Shown: positions 20,534-30,677, counted from the stretch's first letter. The stretch: DNA of 64,000 nt from an uncultured Actinomycetes bacterium (GCA_963824995.1 CAWGRK010000009.1:1-64000); one strand, 5' to 3'. Numbers and translations: made by a program. Notes: generated by a model not told the origin, from the sequence alone.

Positions 20534-21931
20534 TCAGCCGGGAGTGACGGCAGCGAGCCGACCCGGGTCCCAAGTGGCCGGCTCCGAACAGCAGAACCAT
20601 GCCTCGGTGAGCTTGGGACCGGGGGGCGGGATTGGAGGAAGCGGTCCCAGCCGCCTACCGATCGCTGACCCCACCACGGTTCGGATCTCCTCCATCGTTT
20701 CGATGGGGTCGATCCCGTCGCCTGCCGCCCGATCTACGAGGCGGGCCAGATCGTGCTGCAACACGTCGAGCACAGGGTCTTCCGACGCCCAACGATGACC
20801 CAACTCCTCGGGGTGATAGCCCTGCAACCGGCGCTCGATCCCGGAGATGCCGAGAACCAGGCTCCCGTCGGGAATGAGCAGCCTGATCGTCAGTTGGATC
20901 GGATCGATCGCGCCCCACAGCAGATTGTCGTCGAGAAACTCGATCAGCGATGCCAGCGAGGCACGATCAGTCCAGGGCGTGAAGGGGAGCCAGGAGGGCC
21001 GCACCGCAATCCCAGCGCCCGACAGGATCCGGCAGGCCTCGGCCATGTCGGCGACGGTGTGTCCCTTGTCGAGGAGCGCCAGCGTGTGGTCATCGACGCA
21101 CTCGAACGCCGACACCACAAATAGCACGCCGAGCGCCCGGAACTCGCGCCAGAACTCGCGGTGCGCGATCACGTGTTCGACTTTTACGGTGACATCCCAG
21201 GTCAGATCGGGGAATGCAGAGTGTGCCTGGTTGAGGACCCGCCGGGCGTGGGCGGGCCCGTTGAGGAAATCGGGATCGCCGAGTGTGATGTGACGGGCTC
21301 CCATCGTCACGAGCTGCGCCACGTCCTCGAGGACGACCTCGGGCTGGACCACCCGGAACCGCCCGTCGTAAACGACCGGGATCGGGCAATGGGCGCACCG
21401 GTGCCTGCAGCCGTGGCTCGCCTCGACGTACCCGGCGAGTCGCAGATCGCCACCGACCGCCAGCCGAGCGTAACGGTCGAGCGGAGGGAGCGAGGAACGA
21501 TCGGGACGGAGGAACATCCCGTTGGAGATGTCGCGGACTATTTCGGGTTCTGGGCGCCCCCCATCCCCCAATTCGCCTCCCCAGGCGAGGAGACCGGGCA
21601 GGTACTCACCCACCAGCGCGCGGTCGGCAAGGGTCCCCACCGTCCTGTCGCTCCCCACGGCGGCGTACAACCCATAGAAGGCGATCGACACATCGGGGCG
21701 CTCAGCCCGCACTCTCCCGGCGACGGGCACCGCCAACCTCATCGCGGTGTGCATCGGGACCGAGAATGCGATCCCTTCGGCCCATCTCACGGCCCCTTCG
21801 TCGAACTCCTCTACAGACAGGTCGAGACAACGAACCTCATGACCCGCCGCCTTCAGGGCTGCAGCCGGCGAAGCCAGATGGAGCGGTTGATGTCCCAGCT
21901 CGTATGTGGATACCAGGAGAAGCCGGGCCAT
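20534..21931 (-). CDS. B12-binding radical SAM protein of the CUAEP/CCAEP-tail type (Cys form, WFCCSEP)
   Basis: N-terminal STYELGHQP and SVPMHTA, radical SAM motif CRHRCAHC, C-terminal PKLTEAWFCCSEP; TACCGT -10 6 nt before ATG. Confidence 0.85.
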   Translation of the reverse strand: MARLLLVSTYELGHQPLHLASPAAALKAAGHEVRCLDLSVEEFDEGAVRWAEGIAFSVPMHTAMRLAVPVAGRVRAERPDVSIAFYGLYAAVGSDRTVGTLADRALVGEYLPGLLAWGGELGDGGRPEPEIVRDISNGMFLRPDRSSLPPLDRYARLAVGGDLRLAGYVEASHGCRHRCAHCPIPVVYDGRFRVVQPEVVLEDVAQLVTMGARHITLGDPDFLNGPAHARRVLNQAHSAFPDLTWDVTVKVEHVIAHREFWREFRALGVLFVVSAFECVDDHTLALLDKGHTVADMAEACRILSGAGIAVRPSWLPFTPWTDRASLASLIEFLDDNLLWGAIDPIQLTIRLLIPDGSLVLGISGIERRLQGYHPEELGHRWASEDPVLDVLQHDLARLVDRAAGDGIDPIETMEEIRTVVGSAIGRRLGPLPPIPPPGPKLTEAWFCCSEPATWDPGRLAAVTPG

Positions 21932-21945
21932 GTGAGGACGGTACA

Positions 21946-21976
21946 AGACACGAGACGGAAGACGGAAGACGGAAGG
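21946..21976 (+). repeat. Heptamer tandem array (AGACGGA)n
   Basis: AGACACG AGACGGA AGACGGA AGACGGA AGG. Confidence 0.8.
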
Positions 21977-22011
21977 AGAGCCCCCGGCGCTGTCATCGGC
22001 GGTGCGCCGGT

Positions 22012-22055
22012 CACCCCCTCCGCTCGCCCTGCTCGCCTCCCCTCACCGGGGAGGC
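22012..22055. repeat. REP-like palindromic element
   Basis: caccccctccgctcgccctgctc followed by the hairpin gcctcccc-tcacc-ggggaggc. Confidence 0.55.
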
Positions 22056-22061
22056 TCATAA

Positions 22062-22745
22062 TCACTGCGCGAGCAGCATTACTAGACCTCCGTCGGCGAC
22101 CGAAGGCATGGCGAAGTCGAAGCGGTCGATGTCGAGACACAACTCGAGATCGTCCGGGTCGGCCCACGGCGCGGAAGCCAGGCGGCGGGCGCCCTCACCT
22201 TCGGCAGCTCTCCGCCTTACCTCAACCGGGTCCGCTGGCTCGCCGCATAGGAGCGACGAGATCAGGTCGGCGCAGGCCTCGTCCTCTTCTGCTGGTTCGA
22301 CGCCGTTCCACCCGGCAACCACCAGCGTCACTTCCGGATCGTCGGACAGGGCAGCGCCAGTGGCAGAAGCCACCACCAGAGAACCGGCCATGACCGGTTC
22401 CGCTCCTGAGCGGCGCGCTGCCAGCAACGACCGGGTCCCAGCGCTGGTGCGGAGCACAAGGGTCCGCCCGGCGAATGACCCGAGGCGCTGCACCTCGGCG
22501 GGCGAGTTGCCAAGGTCGAAGCCGTCTGGTCGGGCACCCCCTACCTCCCCGGCGAGCAACACGCCCGAGATGGAGGTGGCGAGTATCAGGGCTTCATCCA
22601 CATCGGCGGCGAGCACCACTCGATCCGCCCCGGCCCCGAGTGCGAAGGCTGCGGTTGTGAAGGCGCGGAAGACGTCGATCACCACCGTCGTACCTCGAGC
22701 CGTCGCCGCGCCGTCGAGGTATCTCAAGCGATTGGTGCGGGGCAT
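22062..22745 (-). CDS. 2-phosphosulfolactate phosphatase family (ComB-like)
   Basis: VVIDVFRAFTT, LAGEVGG..DGFDLGNSP, RTSAGT, EDEACA. Confidence 0.9.
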   Translation of the reverse strand: MPRTNRLRYLDGAATARGTTVVIDVFRAFTTAAFALGAGADRVVLAADVDEALILATSISGVLLAGEVGGARPDGFDLGNSPAEVQRLGSFAGRTLVLRTSAGTRSLLAARRSGAEPVMAGSLVVASATGAALSDDPEVTLVVAGWNGVEPAEEDEACADLISSLLCGEPADPVEVRRRAAEGEGARRLASAPWADPDDLELCLDIDRFDFAMPSVADGGLVMLLAQ

Positions 22746-22822
22746 GGGGGCGGCGAGTCTATGGGCGTCTGCTGCGACCGGTCCTCCTCCTGAATTGTGT
22801 GCCTGGCTAGCCTGCCCGACCC

Positions 22823-25168
22823 ATGGCCCCGCCGACCCCGAGTGGTCTCACCGAGGTCGAGGCCGCGGCGAGGCTCGGAGGCCGCCGGCGGCCGGCCTCG
22901 CGAACCGGACGCTCCTACGCATCGATCATCTGGGCGAACACCTTCAACCTGCCCAATGTGGTGCTCGGTGTGCTCGGCTTGGTGACGATCGCGGTCGGCG
23001 AGGCAGCCGATGCCCTCTTTCTCGGCATCGTCGTCCTCAATGCCGTACTCGGCTCGGTCCAGGAGATCAGGGCGAAGCACGCACTAGAGCGGCTCTCCGC
23101 TCTGATCCGGCCTTTCGCACGGGTGGTGCGATCCGGAGTGGAGCGCGAAGTCGCCGCGGCGGAGGTGGTGGTCGGGGACCTGGTTCGCCTCCAACCTGGT
23201 GACCAGGTGGTGGCGGACGGGACCGTGCTGTCAGAGGACCATCTCGAACTCGACGAATCCGTGCTCACTGGTGAATCGGAACCGGTACGGCGGACACCGG
23301 GTGAGGAGGTGAGATCGGGCTCCTTCGTCGTTGACGGAAGCGGGCTTGTCACGGTGACGGCGGTGGGAACCGACAGCTACGCCGAGCAGGTCGCTGGGAC
23401 CGCACGGGCGTTCCGCCACCCTGCTTCCCCCTTCCAACAGGGGCTCGGGCGGCTGATCCTCGCCCTCCTCGCCGTTGCCGTCCCGACCGCTCTCGTCCTC
23501 CTGCTCGCGTTGTGGTTGAGGGATGTCCCATTCCCGGAGGCGCTGCAGGCGCTGGTAGCTGCGGTTGCCGGGATGGTTCCAGAGGGCTTGATATTGCTGA
23601 CCTCTGTGGCCTACGTGACCGGTGCCCTCAAGATGTCACGCCGGGGCGTGCTCACCCAGCAGCTCAACGCCCTGGAGTCCCTGGCCTCGGCGGACACTCT
23701 GTGCCTCGACAAGACGGGAACGCTCACAGAGGGGAGGCTGAGGCTGGTGACCCTGGTCGCCGCCGTAGGGACCGACGAGTCGGAATTGGGAACCCTCCTT
23801 GGGCGCTACGCCGCCTCATCGTCGCTGCGCAACGCCACACTCGAGGCGATCGCCACCGCCCTGCCCCAGCCCGCCTCGCTCACCGAGAGCCAGATCCCAT
23901 TCTCGTCGCGCTGGAAGTGGAGCGCGATACGTCAGGACGGAGCCACCACCGTGATCGGTGCACCCGAGCTATTCCCCCTGGCAGACCTGGTGGACGAGGC
24001 GACAAATGAGAGTGCTCACGGCCGCCGGGTGCTGGCGGTGGCGGGGACGAGCGCCTCGCTCGACGGTGTCGATCCCATTACCGGGATGCCGCCCGACCTC
24101 ATCACGCTCGGGTTGGCGGTGTTCGGCGAGGAACTGCGGGGCGATGCCGATCAGACCGTTCGCTTCTTCAACGAGCAGGACGTGGAGTTGAAGGTCATCT
24201 CGGGTGACGCCCCGGCGACGGTGGCGGCGATCGCCTCCGATGTGGGCATCCAATCCTCGGCGCCTCCTCTCGATGGTCGCAAACTCCCCAAAGACGATGC
24301 CGAGATGATCTCGTTGCTGGAAAGGACCTCGGTCGTCGGCCGGATCACCCCCGAGGGGAAGAAGCGGGTGGTCGAAGGGTTGCGGAACGCCGGCCGTTAC
24401 GTGGGGATGGTCGGCGACGGCGTCAACGACGTCCCGGCGCTCAAGGCCAGCCAGGTAGCCATCGCTCAGGGAAGCGGCGCACAGATGGCACGCACCGTGG
24501 CCGACATGGTGCTGGTCAACGGTGAGTTCTCGGCGGTCCCACGGCTCGTCGGGGAGGGCAGGCAGATCCTGCGCAACCTGCAACGCGTGTCGAAGCTGTA
24601 CGCCACCAAGTGCCTGTTCACCGCTCTGCTCACGCTCACCGTCGGTCTCGCTCCGATCGCCTTCCCGCTACTCCCCCGCCAACTGACCCTGGCCAACCTC
24701 TTCACCACGGGCATCTCGGCCACGGTCCTGGCGCTGGCGCCGAGCAGAGGGCCTTGGAAGATGAACGACTACCTCCGCCAGGTCGCCGGATTCGCCATCA
24801 GGGCGGCAGCCGCTCTCGCACTCGGAGTTGGAGCGGCATACGTCACCGCCACCCTCAACGGGTACCCACTGGCAGCGGCGCGATCGGTGGCGACCACGGC
24901 CCTGGTGGCCGGATTCCTCCTCATCGTCTGGGTCCTCGAAGCTCAGCAGCGGCGCCGGGCGTTGTGGGTGGGCCTCTTCTGCCTGACGCTCCTGATCGCC
25001 TATCTGGCAGTGACCGCCATCCCCCTGGCCCAGCGGTTCTTCCAACTCGACCCGAGCCCGGCCGCGTTGTTGCTCGGGTTGGGCGGGATGCTGGTAACCG
25101 GTCTGGCGCTCCTAATCCTCGGCATCCGCCCGAGACTGGGAGACGAACCGGCCGCCGGCACCGCCTGA
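22823..25168 (+). CDS. Cation-transporting P-type ATPase (CtpE-like)
   Basis: LTGES, VPEGL, DKTGTLT, ISGD, GDGVND. Confidence 0.93.
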   Translation: MAPPTPSGLTEVEAAARLGGRRRPASRTGRSYASIIWANTFNLPNVVLGVLGLVTIAVGEAADALFLGIVVLNAVLGSVQEIRAKHALERLSALIRPFARVVRSGVEREVAAAEVVVGDLVRLQPGDQVVADGTVLSEDHLELDESVLTGESEPVRRTPGEEVRSGSFVVDGSGLVTVTAVGTDSYAEQVAGTARAFRHPASPFQQGLGRLILALLAVAVPTALVLLLALWLRDVPFPEALQALVAAVAGMVPEGLILLTSVAYVTGALKMSRRGVLTQQLNALESLASADTLCLDKTGTLTEGRLRLVTLVAAVGTDESELGTLLGRYAASSSLRNATLEAIATALPQPASLTESQIPFSSRWKWSAIRQDGATTVIGAPELFPLADLVDEATNESAHGRRVLAVAGTSASLDGVDPITGMPPDLITLGLAVFGEELRGDADQTVRFFNEQDVELKVISGDAPATVAAIASDVGIQSSAPPLDGRKLPKDDAEMISLLERTSVVGRITPEGKKRVVEGLRNAGRYVGMVGDGVNDVPALKASQVAIAQGSGAQMARTVADMVLVNGEFSAVPRLVGEGRQILRNLQRVSKLYATKCLFTALLTLTVGLAPIAFPLLPRQLTLANLFTTGISATVLALAPSRGPWKMNDYLRQVAGFAIRAAAALALGVGAAYVTATLNGYPLAAARSVATTALVAGFLLIVWVLEAQQRRRALWVGLFCLTLLIAYLAVTAIPLAQRFFQLDPSPAALLLGLGGMLVTGLALLILGIRPRLGDEPAAGTA

Positions 25169-25181
25169 CCACGATGTGATG

Positions 25182-25232
25182 CCAACCCTGGGTTGGAGAG
25201 CACCGCCTGGGTAGCTGCCAACCCTGGGTTGG
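25182..25232. repeat. Two identical perfect palindromes CCAACCC-T-GGGTTGG
   Basis: Copies at 25182-25196 and 25218-25232, between convergent stop codons. Confidence 0.85.
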
Positions 25233-25234
25233 TC

Positions 25235-25756
25235 TCAGTCGGGCTGCCAGGGACGGCTGAAATCGTCGGAGTAGGCGAAATCCCTCAGCGGTTTGCGGCC
25301 GCCGCCGGCGAAAGGACGGGTCGCCCCTTCCGGGTGGCCGATTGCTATGGCCCAGCGCACCCGGTGACCGCTGGGGAGACCGAGGACCTTGGCAGCGGTG
25401 GCGTCGTCGTGGAGCGTCACCGGGCAACTGCCTAGACCGCGGCCGGCGGCCGCCAGCATGATGTTCTGGGCGAGCCGTCCCTGGTCGAAGTCGTTGCCGC
25501 CGGGTAGCCGTACCAGCGCGACGGCAACCGGGGCGGCAAGGATCGGAGCGGCATACCGGCCGGCGGCGGCAAGTTCCTTCCGTCTCTCGGGCCTATCCAC
25601 GACCACGACCGCCCATGCCTGATCGTTCTTCGAACTGCCGGTCCACCGTCCGGCCTCCAACACCGCGGCGAGATCCTCGGTGCTCACCGGATCCGGGAGG
25701 AACGACCTGACTACGCGCAGCCGGCGGATCTGTTGGACAAGGTCGTCGGATGCCAT
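25235..25756 (-). CDS. Nitroreductase family protein
   Basis: RVVRSF...PV, AGRWTGSSKNDQAW, DQGRLAQNIMLAA..GLGSC, IAIGHP. Confidence 0.9.
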   Translation of the reverse strand: MASDDLVQQIRRLRVVRSFLPDPVSTEDLAAVLEAGRWTGSSKNDQAWAVVVVDRPERRKELAAAGRYAAPILAAPVAVALVRLPGGNDFDQGRLAQNIMLAAAGRGLGSCPVTLHDDATAAKVLGLPSGHRVRWAIAIGHPEGATRPFAGGGRKPLRDFAYSDDFSRPWQPD

Positions 25757-25769
25757 TGCTGTGACCTTC

Positions 25770-28502
25770 CTACTTGGGGTCGCCGGCCGCCTCGTCGGCC
25801 AGGACCGAGAGGATGCAGTCCACCCACTTCCTGACACGAGGGACGATGAGGTAGTCCGAGTGCACCTGGACGACAGGAAACGGTTGCCCCAAATGGTGCC
25901 ACCAGCGCCACGGGTCGGCTACCAAATCGTCTCCATCGGGCGATGACTTGTCGACCTCGTCCTCGCCGGTGAAGATGGCGTCGGCGATGGGGTCTGTCTC
26001 GCGGTAGAAGTTGCGCCAGACCGGTCTCGCCCCCCCGGCCCCCATCCGGCCGAGCAGCGAGCTGGCCCAACCCGGGTCGAAGGCGATGGTGAAGTACGGG
26101 CGGTAAAAGGTCGCCAGCGGGCTGCCGTGCGTGACGAGGACGCACCGACCGACCACGGGCCCCTCCAACGCGGTGAGGGTTGCCGCAGCCAGAACCGAGC
26201 CCTGGCTGTGCCCGGCGAGCAGCACCCGATGACCGTCCCTGGTGGCGGCGCGTACCCGTTGGGCGAGTTCGGGGACCGCCCGGTCGGCGTAGGTGGGCGG
26301 GGCCCAGGGGTGGAACCGACGTGGCCAGAAGGTTGCAACGTCCCACAGCGTCCCGATCCGCCGGCGAAGCCGCTCGTCGCTGTAGGCGCGCCGCACCAGG
26401 AGCATCGCACCCAGGGGCAGCGTGGTCACCACCCATCGCGAGGCGGTGGCGAGCCATGACCAACTCTCCGGAACCGCCTGGTCCGCCCATTGGTTGAGCG
26501 GTATCTGGTGGCGGAGGAGCCACCCAACCCCGGTGAGCAGGCCGAGCACGATGAGGCCGGCGAGGGCGGTGACCACCAGGTCGGCCGAGCGCGCCGCCGC
26601 CGCAACCGCCCTGAATCGGCGGACCGACCCCTCGATCCGCGCCGCCGCCCCATCCTCGACCGGCACGACGTCCTCATCGGCCGGGGCCGGTTCGCCGTCA
26701 TGCGGCACCGGGATGGCGCGCTGCTCGCCGACCAGCCTCACCCACAACGTCACAACCGCCGCCACCGTGAGCACCACGGCCGAAGCGAGCCCCACGGCGA
26801 GCCACTGGCCGCCCGGCGGGGTCCCGACGACGATCACCGGACCCTTGTTGCGGAGACTGACCGACACCGCCTCCAGCACCTCGGCACCGGCTCCAATCGC
26901 AGTCAACTCGGTGAGAGCCACCGTTTCGGGAAGAGTCAGCCCATCGGAAGTGAACAGTGCCTGCTCGATCTGCTCCGACGTGATCCTGTCAACGCCGGCG
27001 TCCTCCACCTCCTGCGCCAACTCGCGCGGTGAGCGATCACGGTCGAGCCAGTCGGAGACCAGGCCGGTCAACCCGGAGAGAGACCCGGCGAGCGTCGCCA
27101 GTCCGAGGACCGAGACCACCGCTGGGCCCATCCATCGGAACCCGATCCCGGGCACCGAATCGTGTTCGGCGAGCAGCACTCCCATCGCGGTGCCCAACAT
27201 GGCAACGGCGACGCCCAGGTAGGCGAGTTCTCCGGTGGCGACGCTGAGGACGGCCCCGGGAGCGAGCAGCCCGACGACCACCCAAAGCAGCTGACCGGCA
27301 CGCTCGCCCGCGCTTCGCCACAGGAAGGCGAGCAGTCCAACCACCGCCAGAGCGGCTAGGAGACGAAGAGAAGGGAAGATGGCGAGCGCCAGGCCAGCCA
27401 CCGTGATCGAGACCGCGGTCCAGTTGATCGCCCGCTCCCGTGGTCTCATCAGCACCTGGACCACGGCGACGACACCGATGATGGCGGCGGTGAGTGCCAG
27501 GACGACCATCGGCGCCCGACCGAAACCAGGTGCCGGCCCTACCTCGTTCGAGCCCGGCGATAACCAGGCGAGCACCGCGCCAGCCACGAGAAGCCCCGCC
27601 GGGACCCACCAAGCCAGCCTCTTGACCCACGGACCGAGATCGCGGTCGTCCCTCGGGCCCGGGCTGGCCCTCCAAGCGAGCAGGCATGCCGACGCCGCCA
27701 CGCTCATCGTCGCCACCACCACCACTGCCGCAGCTACGGCGCCGGCGACCGATCCGACAGCCCACCCGAACACCGCCCAACCGAGGAGCAGGGCGAGCGT
27801 CCCCAACGAAGCCCCGGCATGGAGGAGCGCCATGTCGCCACTGAGAGTCGGGCGGTACCAGAAGGACAGTTCGGCGGGGGTGGCGTCCTCCCCCGGCTCA
27901 TGGCCGACCATGTCGCTGAGGGCGTATTGCTCGAACTCCCTCCGGCTCCTCCGACCCAACATCGCCAGAAGTGCGAGAACTCCGAGAGGTGCAAGCAGCC
28001 CGATCACCATGCGCCGGCCCGGCGACGAGACAAGCAGTTCGTTCTCGAAGACCGCCAACCACCATCGGTCCTGCCGGCAGGCAGCCGAACCGCCACACTG
28101 ATAGGCGATGAGGTCGATGCCGATCACCGCTGCCCAGAGAACGTAGAGCAGCGAGAGCCCCATGCCTGCCACCCGCAGCAACCGGGTCTGCAGCCCGACC
28201 AGCCGCTGGTGGTGCGGTCGCTCAGCCAGCCAGCCGGCGACATTTACCAAGGCGAAGGGGAGGACGAGCAGCCACAGGGCCTGTGAGGCGCCTCGCGAGG
28301 TGAGACCGCCCCAGACGTATGCCTCGGTGGTGACATCGCCCGCAGGCTCCCGCGAGCGGTAGAAGCCGGCGATGTGGTCGCCCGCTACCCGCTCCACCTC
28401 GTTGGTACCGAGGAGATCGGAAGGAGTGGAGCCGCCCACCCCATGTACCAGGATGCGAGTCACCCCAGGGTTCGGCGGTCGGAATCCGGTGGGGTGGTCC
28501 AC
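25770..28502 (-). CDS. Large polytopic membrane protein with lipase-like GHSQG motif (uncharacterised)
   Basis: N-terminal VHGVGG and EAYVWGGLTS, many TM segments, C-terminal WDVATFWPR, LAGHSQGS, THGSP, TDPI, HSDY; start inferred at GTG 28502. Confidence 0.75.
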   Translation of the reverse strand: MDHPTGFRPPNPGVTRILVHGVGGSTPSDLLGTNEVERVAGDHIAGFYRSREPAGDVTTEAYVWGGLTSRGASQALWLLVLPFALVNVAGWLAERPHHQRLVGLQTRLLRVAGMGLSLLYVLWAAVIGIDLIAYQCGGSAACRQDRWWLAVFENELLVSSPGRRMVIGLLAPLGVLALLAMLGRRSRREFEQYALSDMVGHEPGEDATPAELSFWYRPTLSGDMALLHAGASLGTLALLLGWAVFGWAVGSVAGAVAAAVVVVATMSVAASACLLAWRASPGPRDDRDLGPWVKRLAWWVPAGLLVAGAVLAWLSPGSNEVGPAPGFGRAPMVVLALTAAIIGVVAVVQVLMRPRERAINWTAVSITVAGLALAIFPSLRLLAALAVVGLLAFLWRSAGERAGQLLWVVVGLLAPGAVLSVATGELAYLGVAVAMLGTAMGVLLAEHDSVPGIGFRWMGPAVVSVLGLATLAGSLSGLTGLVSDWLDRDRSPRELAQEVEDAGVDRITSEQIEQALFTSDGLTLPETVALTELTAIGAGAEVLEAVSVSLRNKGPVIVVGTPPGGQWLAVGLASAVVLTVAAVVTLWVRLVGEQRAIPVPHDGEPAPADEDVVPVEDGAAARIEGSVRRFRAVAAAARSADLVVTALAGLIVLGLLTGVGWLLRHQIPLNQWADQAVPESWSWLATASRWVVTTLPLGAMLLVRRAYSDERLRRRIGTLWDVATFWPRRFHPWAPPTYADRAVPELAQRVRAATRDGHRVLLAGHSQGSVLAAATLTALEGPVVGRCVLVTHGSPLATFYRPYFTIAFDPGWASSLLGRMGAGGARPVWRNFYRETDPIADAIFTGEDEVDKSSPDGDDLVADPWRWWHHLGQPFPVVQVHSDYLIVPRVRKWVDCILSVLADEAAGDPK

Positions 28503-28563
28503 GTCCGTCGAAGCTAGACGCCGTGGCCGACATCGACCGTTACCCTGATCCGGAGGTACGGGT

Positions 28564-29235
28564 GTGGACCGCACGATCCTGGTGATCGAGGATGACGCGT
28601 CGATCCGGGAGTTGATCGAACTCGGGTTGTCCGCCGCCGGTTTCGACGTGATCACCGCCGCAGACGGTTGGTCGGGTCTGGGGCGTTTCCGCGACGAAAG
28701 GCCCGATCTGGTCGTTCTAGACCTGATGCTCCCAGGTATCGGCGGACTCGAGGTGTGCCGGCAAATCCGGACCGTCTCGGTGGTGCCGATAGTGATGCTC
28801 ACCGCGCTCTCCGAAAGCAGCGACGTCGTCGCCGGGCTCGAGGCCGGTGCCGACGACTATGTGACCAAGCCGTTCGAACTTCCCGTCCTGGTGGCACGGG
28901 TGAGGGCCGCCCTCCGCCGCGTCGCGTTCACCGCCGAGGAACTCGAACTGGGCCCGGTGCGCGTCGACCTCGCCGGCCACACGGTGCGCCGGCACGGTGA
29001 GGAGGTGGTGTTGACCGCTACCGAGTTCCGGCTGCTCTGTGTCCTCGCCTCGGCGCCGGGGCGGGTTCTTACCAGGCAGGTTCTGCTCGACCAGGTCTGG
29101 GGTTACGACTATCTGGGCGACTCGCGGATGGTGGATGTAGCGGTCCAGCGCCTCCGGGCGAAGATCGAAACCGACCCGGGCCGCCCCGAGTTGATACAGA
29201 CGGTGCGGGGCGTCGGATACCGGGCGTCCCGTTGA
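28564..29235 (+). CDS. OmpR-family response regulator (MtrA/CseB-like)
   Basis: LVIEDD, LDLMLP, GADDYVTKPF, VWGYDYLGDSRMVDV, TVRGVGY. Confidence 0.95.
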   Translation: MDRTILVIEDDASIRELIELGLSAAGFDVITAADGWSGLGRFRDERPDLVVLDLMLPGIGGLEVCRQIRTVSVVPIVMLTALSESSDVVAGLEAGADDYVTKPFELPVLVARVRAALRRVAFTAEELELGPVRVDLAGHTVRRHGEEVVLTATEFRLLCVLASAPGRVLTRQVLLDQVWGYDYLGDSRMVDVAVQRLRAKIETDPGRPELIQTVRGVGYRASR

Positions 29236-30677
29236 CCCGGATGGGCTTCCGATCTCGGTTGGTGGTCACCGTCCTGGCGATGGTGGTCCTGGTCACGATC
29301 GCCCTCGGGGTGGCCTCCTCGGTGCTGGTGCGTCGCTCCCTCCGCTCTGACCTGGTCGGCTCGTCGACCGAGCAGGCCGGCTTTGTCATCGGGGTCCTCG
29401 CCCCGGAGCGGTTCGACGAGGACCCGACAGCCGAGGAGATCGCCGCCGGTCCCTTTCTCACCGATGTCAGGCTCGGTCCGGAGGATGGTCTGCTCGTGGA
29501 TCTGGAGGGGAGCGGTGACTTCTCGTCGGGCTTTGCCTTCACCGGTCCTCCGCCGGCCGACCTGGCGGCGCTGGTTGCCGACGGCCAGCTCGCATACGAA
29601 TGGACCGACATCGGCGGTGCCCCCTATCTGGCGGTCGGCGGGCAGTCCCCGGATGGCCCACCGATCTACCTCTACTACTCGGCGGCGTCGGTGGACGACG
29701 CCCTCACCGACCTGGTGATTGCGGAGGTGGTGGCTGGTGTCCTGTTGCTCGCCCTGGTCGGCATAGGGGTCGGAGCGCTGGCGCGGCGCGTGCTCACCCC
29801 GGTGGGAGCCACCGCCGACGCCGCCACCCGCATCGCTGCAGGAGACCTTTCGGCCCGGCTGACGGAGGGCCCGGGTGACGAATTGGGGCGAATGGTGACC
29901 GCCTTCAACCAGATGGCCGGCTCGCTCGAGGAGAGCATGGGCCAGTTGCAACGTTCCGGAGAGGCGCAGCGTCGGTTCGTCGCCGATGTCTCCCACGAAT
30001 TGCGCACCCCGCTGACCGCTCTCGTCAACGAGACGGCGCTTCTCGCCGACCACGCCGACGAACTCCCACCGGGCGACCGGAGGCTGGTGGACCTGCTCGA
30101 GGCGGACGTGGCGCGTATGCGGGTGCTGGTGGACGACCTGCTCGAGATATCCCGCATCGACGCCCACCCCTTGCAGCCCGAGATCGGCTCGCTCGATTTG
30201 CGCAAATTGGTGGCCCGGGTGGTCGAGATGCGGTCTCCCCAGGCGATCGTGAAGCTCCCCGCCGAGCCGGTCCCGGCGTCGGTGGATGCCGTCACCTTCG
30301 ACCGCATCCTGGGAAACCTGCTCGACAACGCAGCAGTTCACGGCGCTGCACCGGTTGAGGTGAGCTTGTCGTCGTTGGAGGGGATGATCCGCCTCACAGT
30401 CTCCGACAGCGGCCCCGGCGTCCCGCCCGATCAGTTGGAGCGGATCTTTGAGAGGTTCTCCAAACTCGACCCTTCTCGCTCCGGGTCGGGAACCGGCCTG
30501 GGCCTCTCGATAGCCCGTGACCATGCCCGCCGCCTCGGCGGCGACGTCGCCGCCAGGCCGCGGCCCGGAGGCGGGTTGGTCGTCGAAGTCAGCCTCCCTG
30601 TTGCCGAACCGTTACCCGACGGCGATGTGGCGGTGACGTACAGCCATCACCATGGTGGGACAGTCCTAGAGGAGTGA
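29232..30677 (+). CDS. HAMP-domain sensor histidine kinase
   Basis: Two TMs, HAMP, DVSHELRTPL, NLLDNA, DSGPG, GTGLGL. Confidence 0.95.
   Translation: MTRMGFRSRLVVTVLAMVVLVTIALGVASSVLVRRSLRSDLVGSSTEQAGFVIGVLAPERFDEDPTAEEIAAGPFLTDVRLGPEDGLLVDLEGSGDFSSGFAFTGPPPADLAALVADGQLAYEWTDIGGAPYLAVGGQSPDGPPIYLYYSAASVDDALTDLVIAEVVAGVLLLALVGIGVGALARRVLTPVGATADAATRIAAGDLSARLTEGPGDELGRMVTAFNQMAGSLEESMGQLQRSGEAQRRFVADVSHELRTPLTALVNETALLADHADELPPGDRRLVDLLEADVARMRVLVDDLLEISRIDAHPLQPEIGSLDLRKLVARVVEMRSPQAIVKLPAEPVPASVDAVTFDRILGNLLDNAAVHGAAPVEVSLSSLEGMIRLTVSDSGPGVPPDQLERIFERFSKLDPSRSGSGTGLGLSIARDHARRLGGDVAARPRPGGGLVVEVSLPVAEPLPDGDVAVTYSHHHGGTVLEE

Noticed and set aside
20534..22745. Coenzyme M pathway operon (ComB plus radical SAM)
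   Set aside because: No comA or other CoM genes; ComB-like phosphatases are widespread, and the two genes are separated by repeats and a separate promoter
25158..25232. Mini-CRISPR
   Set aside because: Two 15-17 bp repeats with about a 20-bp gap; too short and too few
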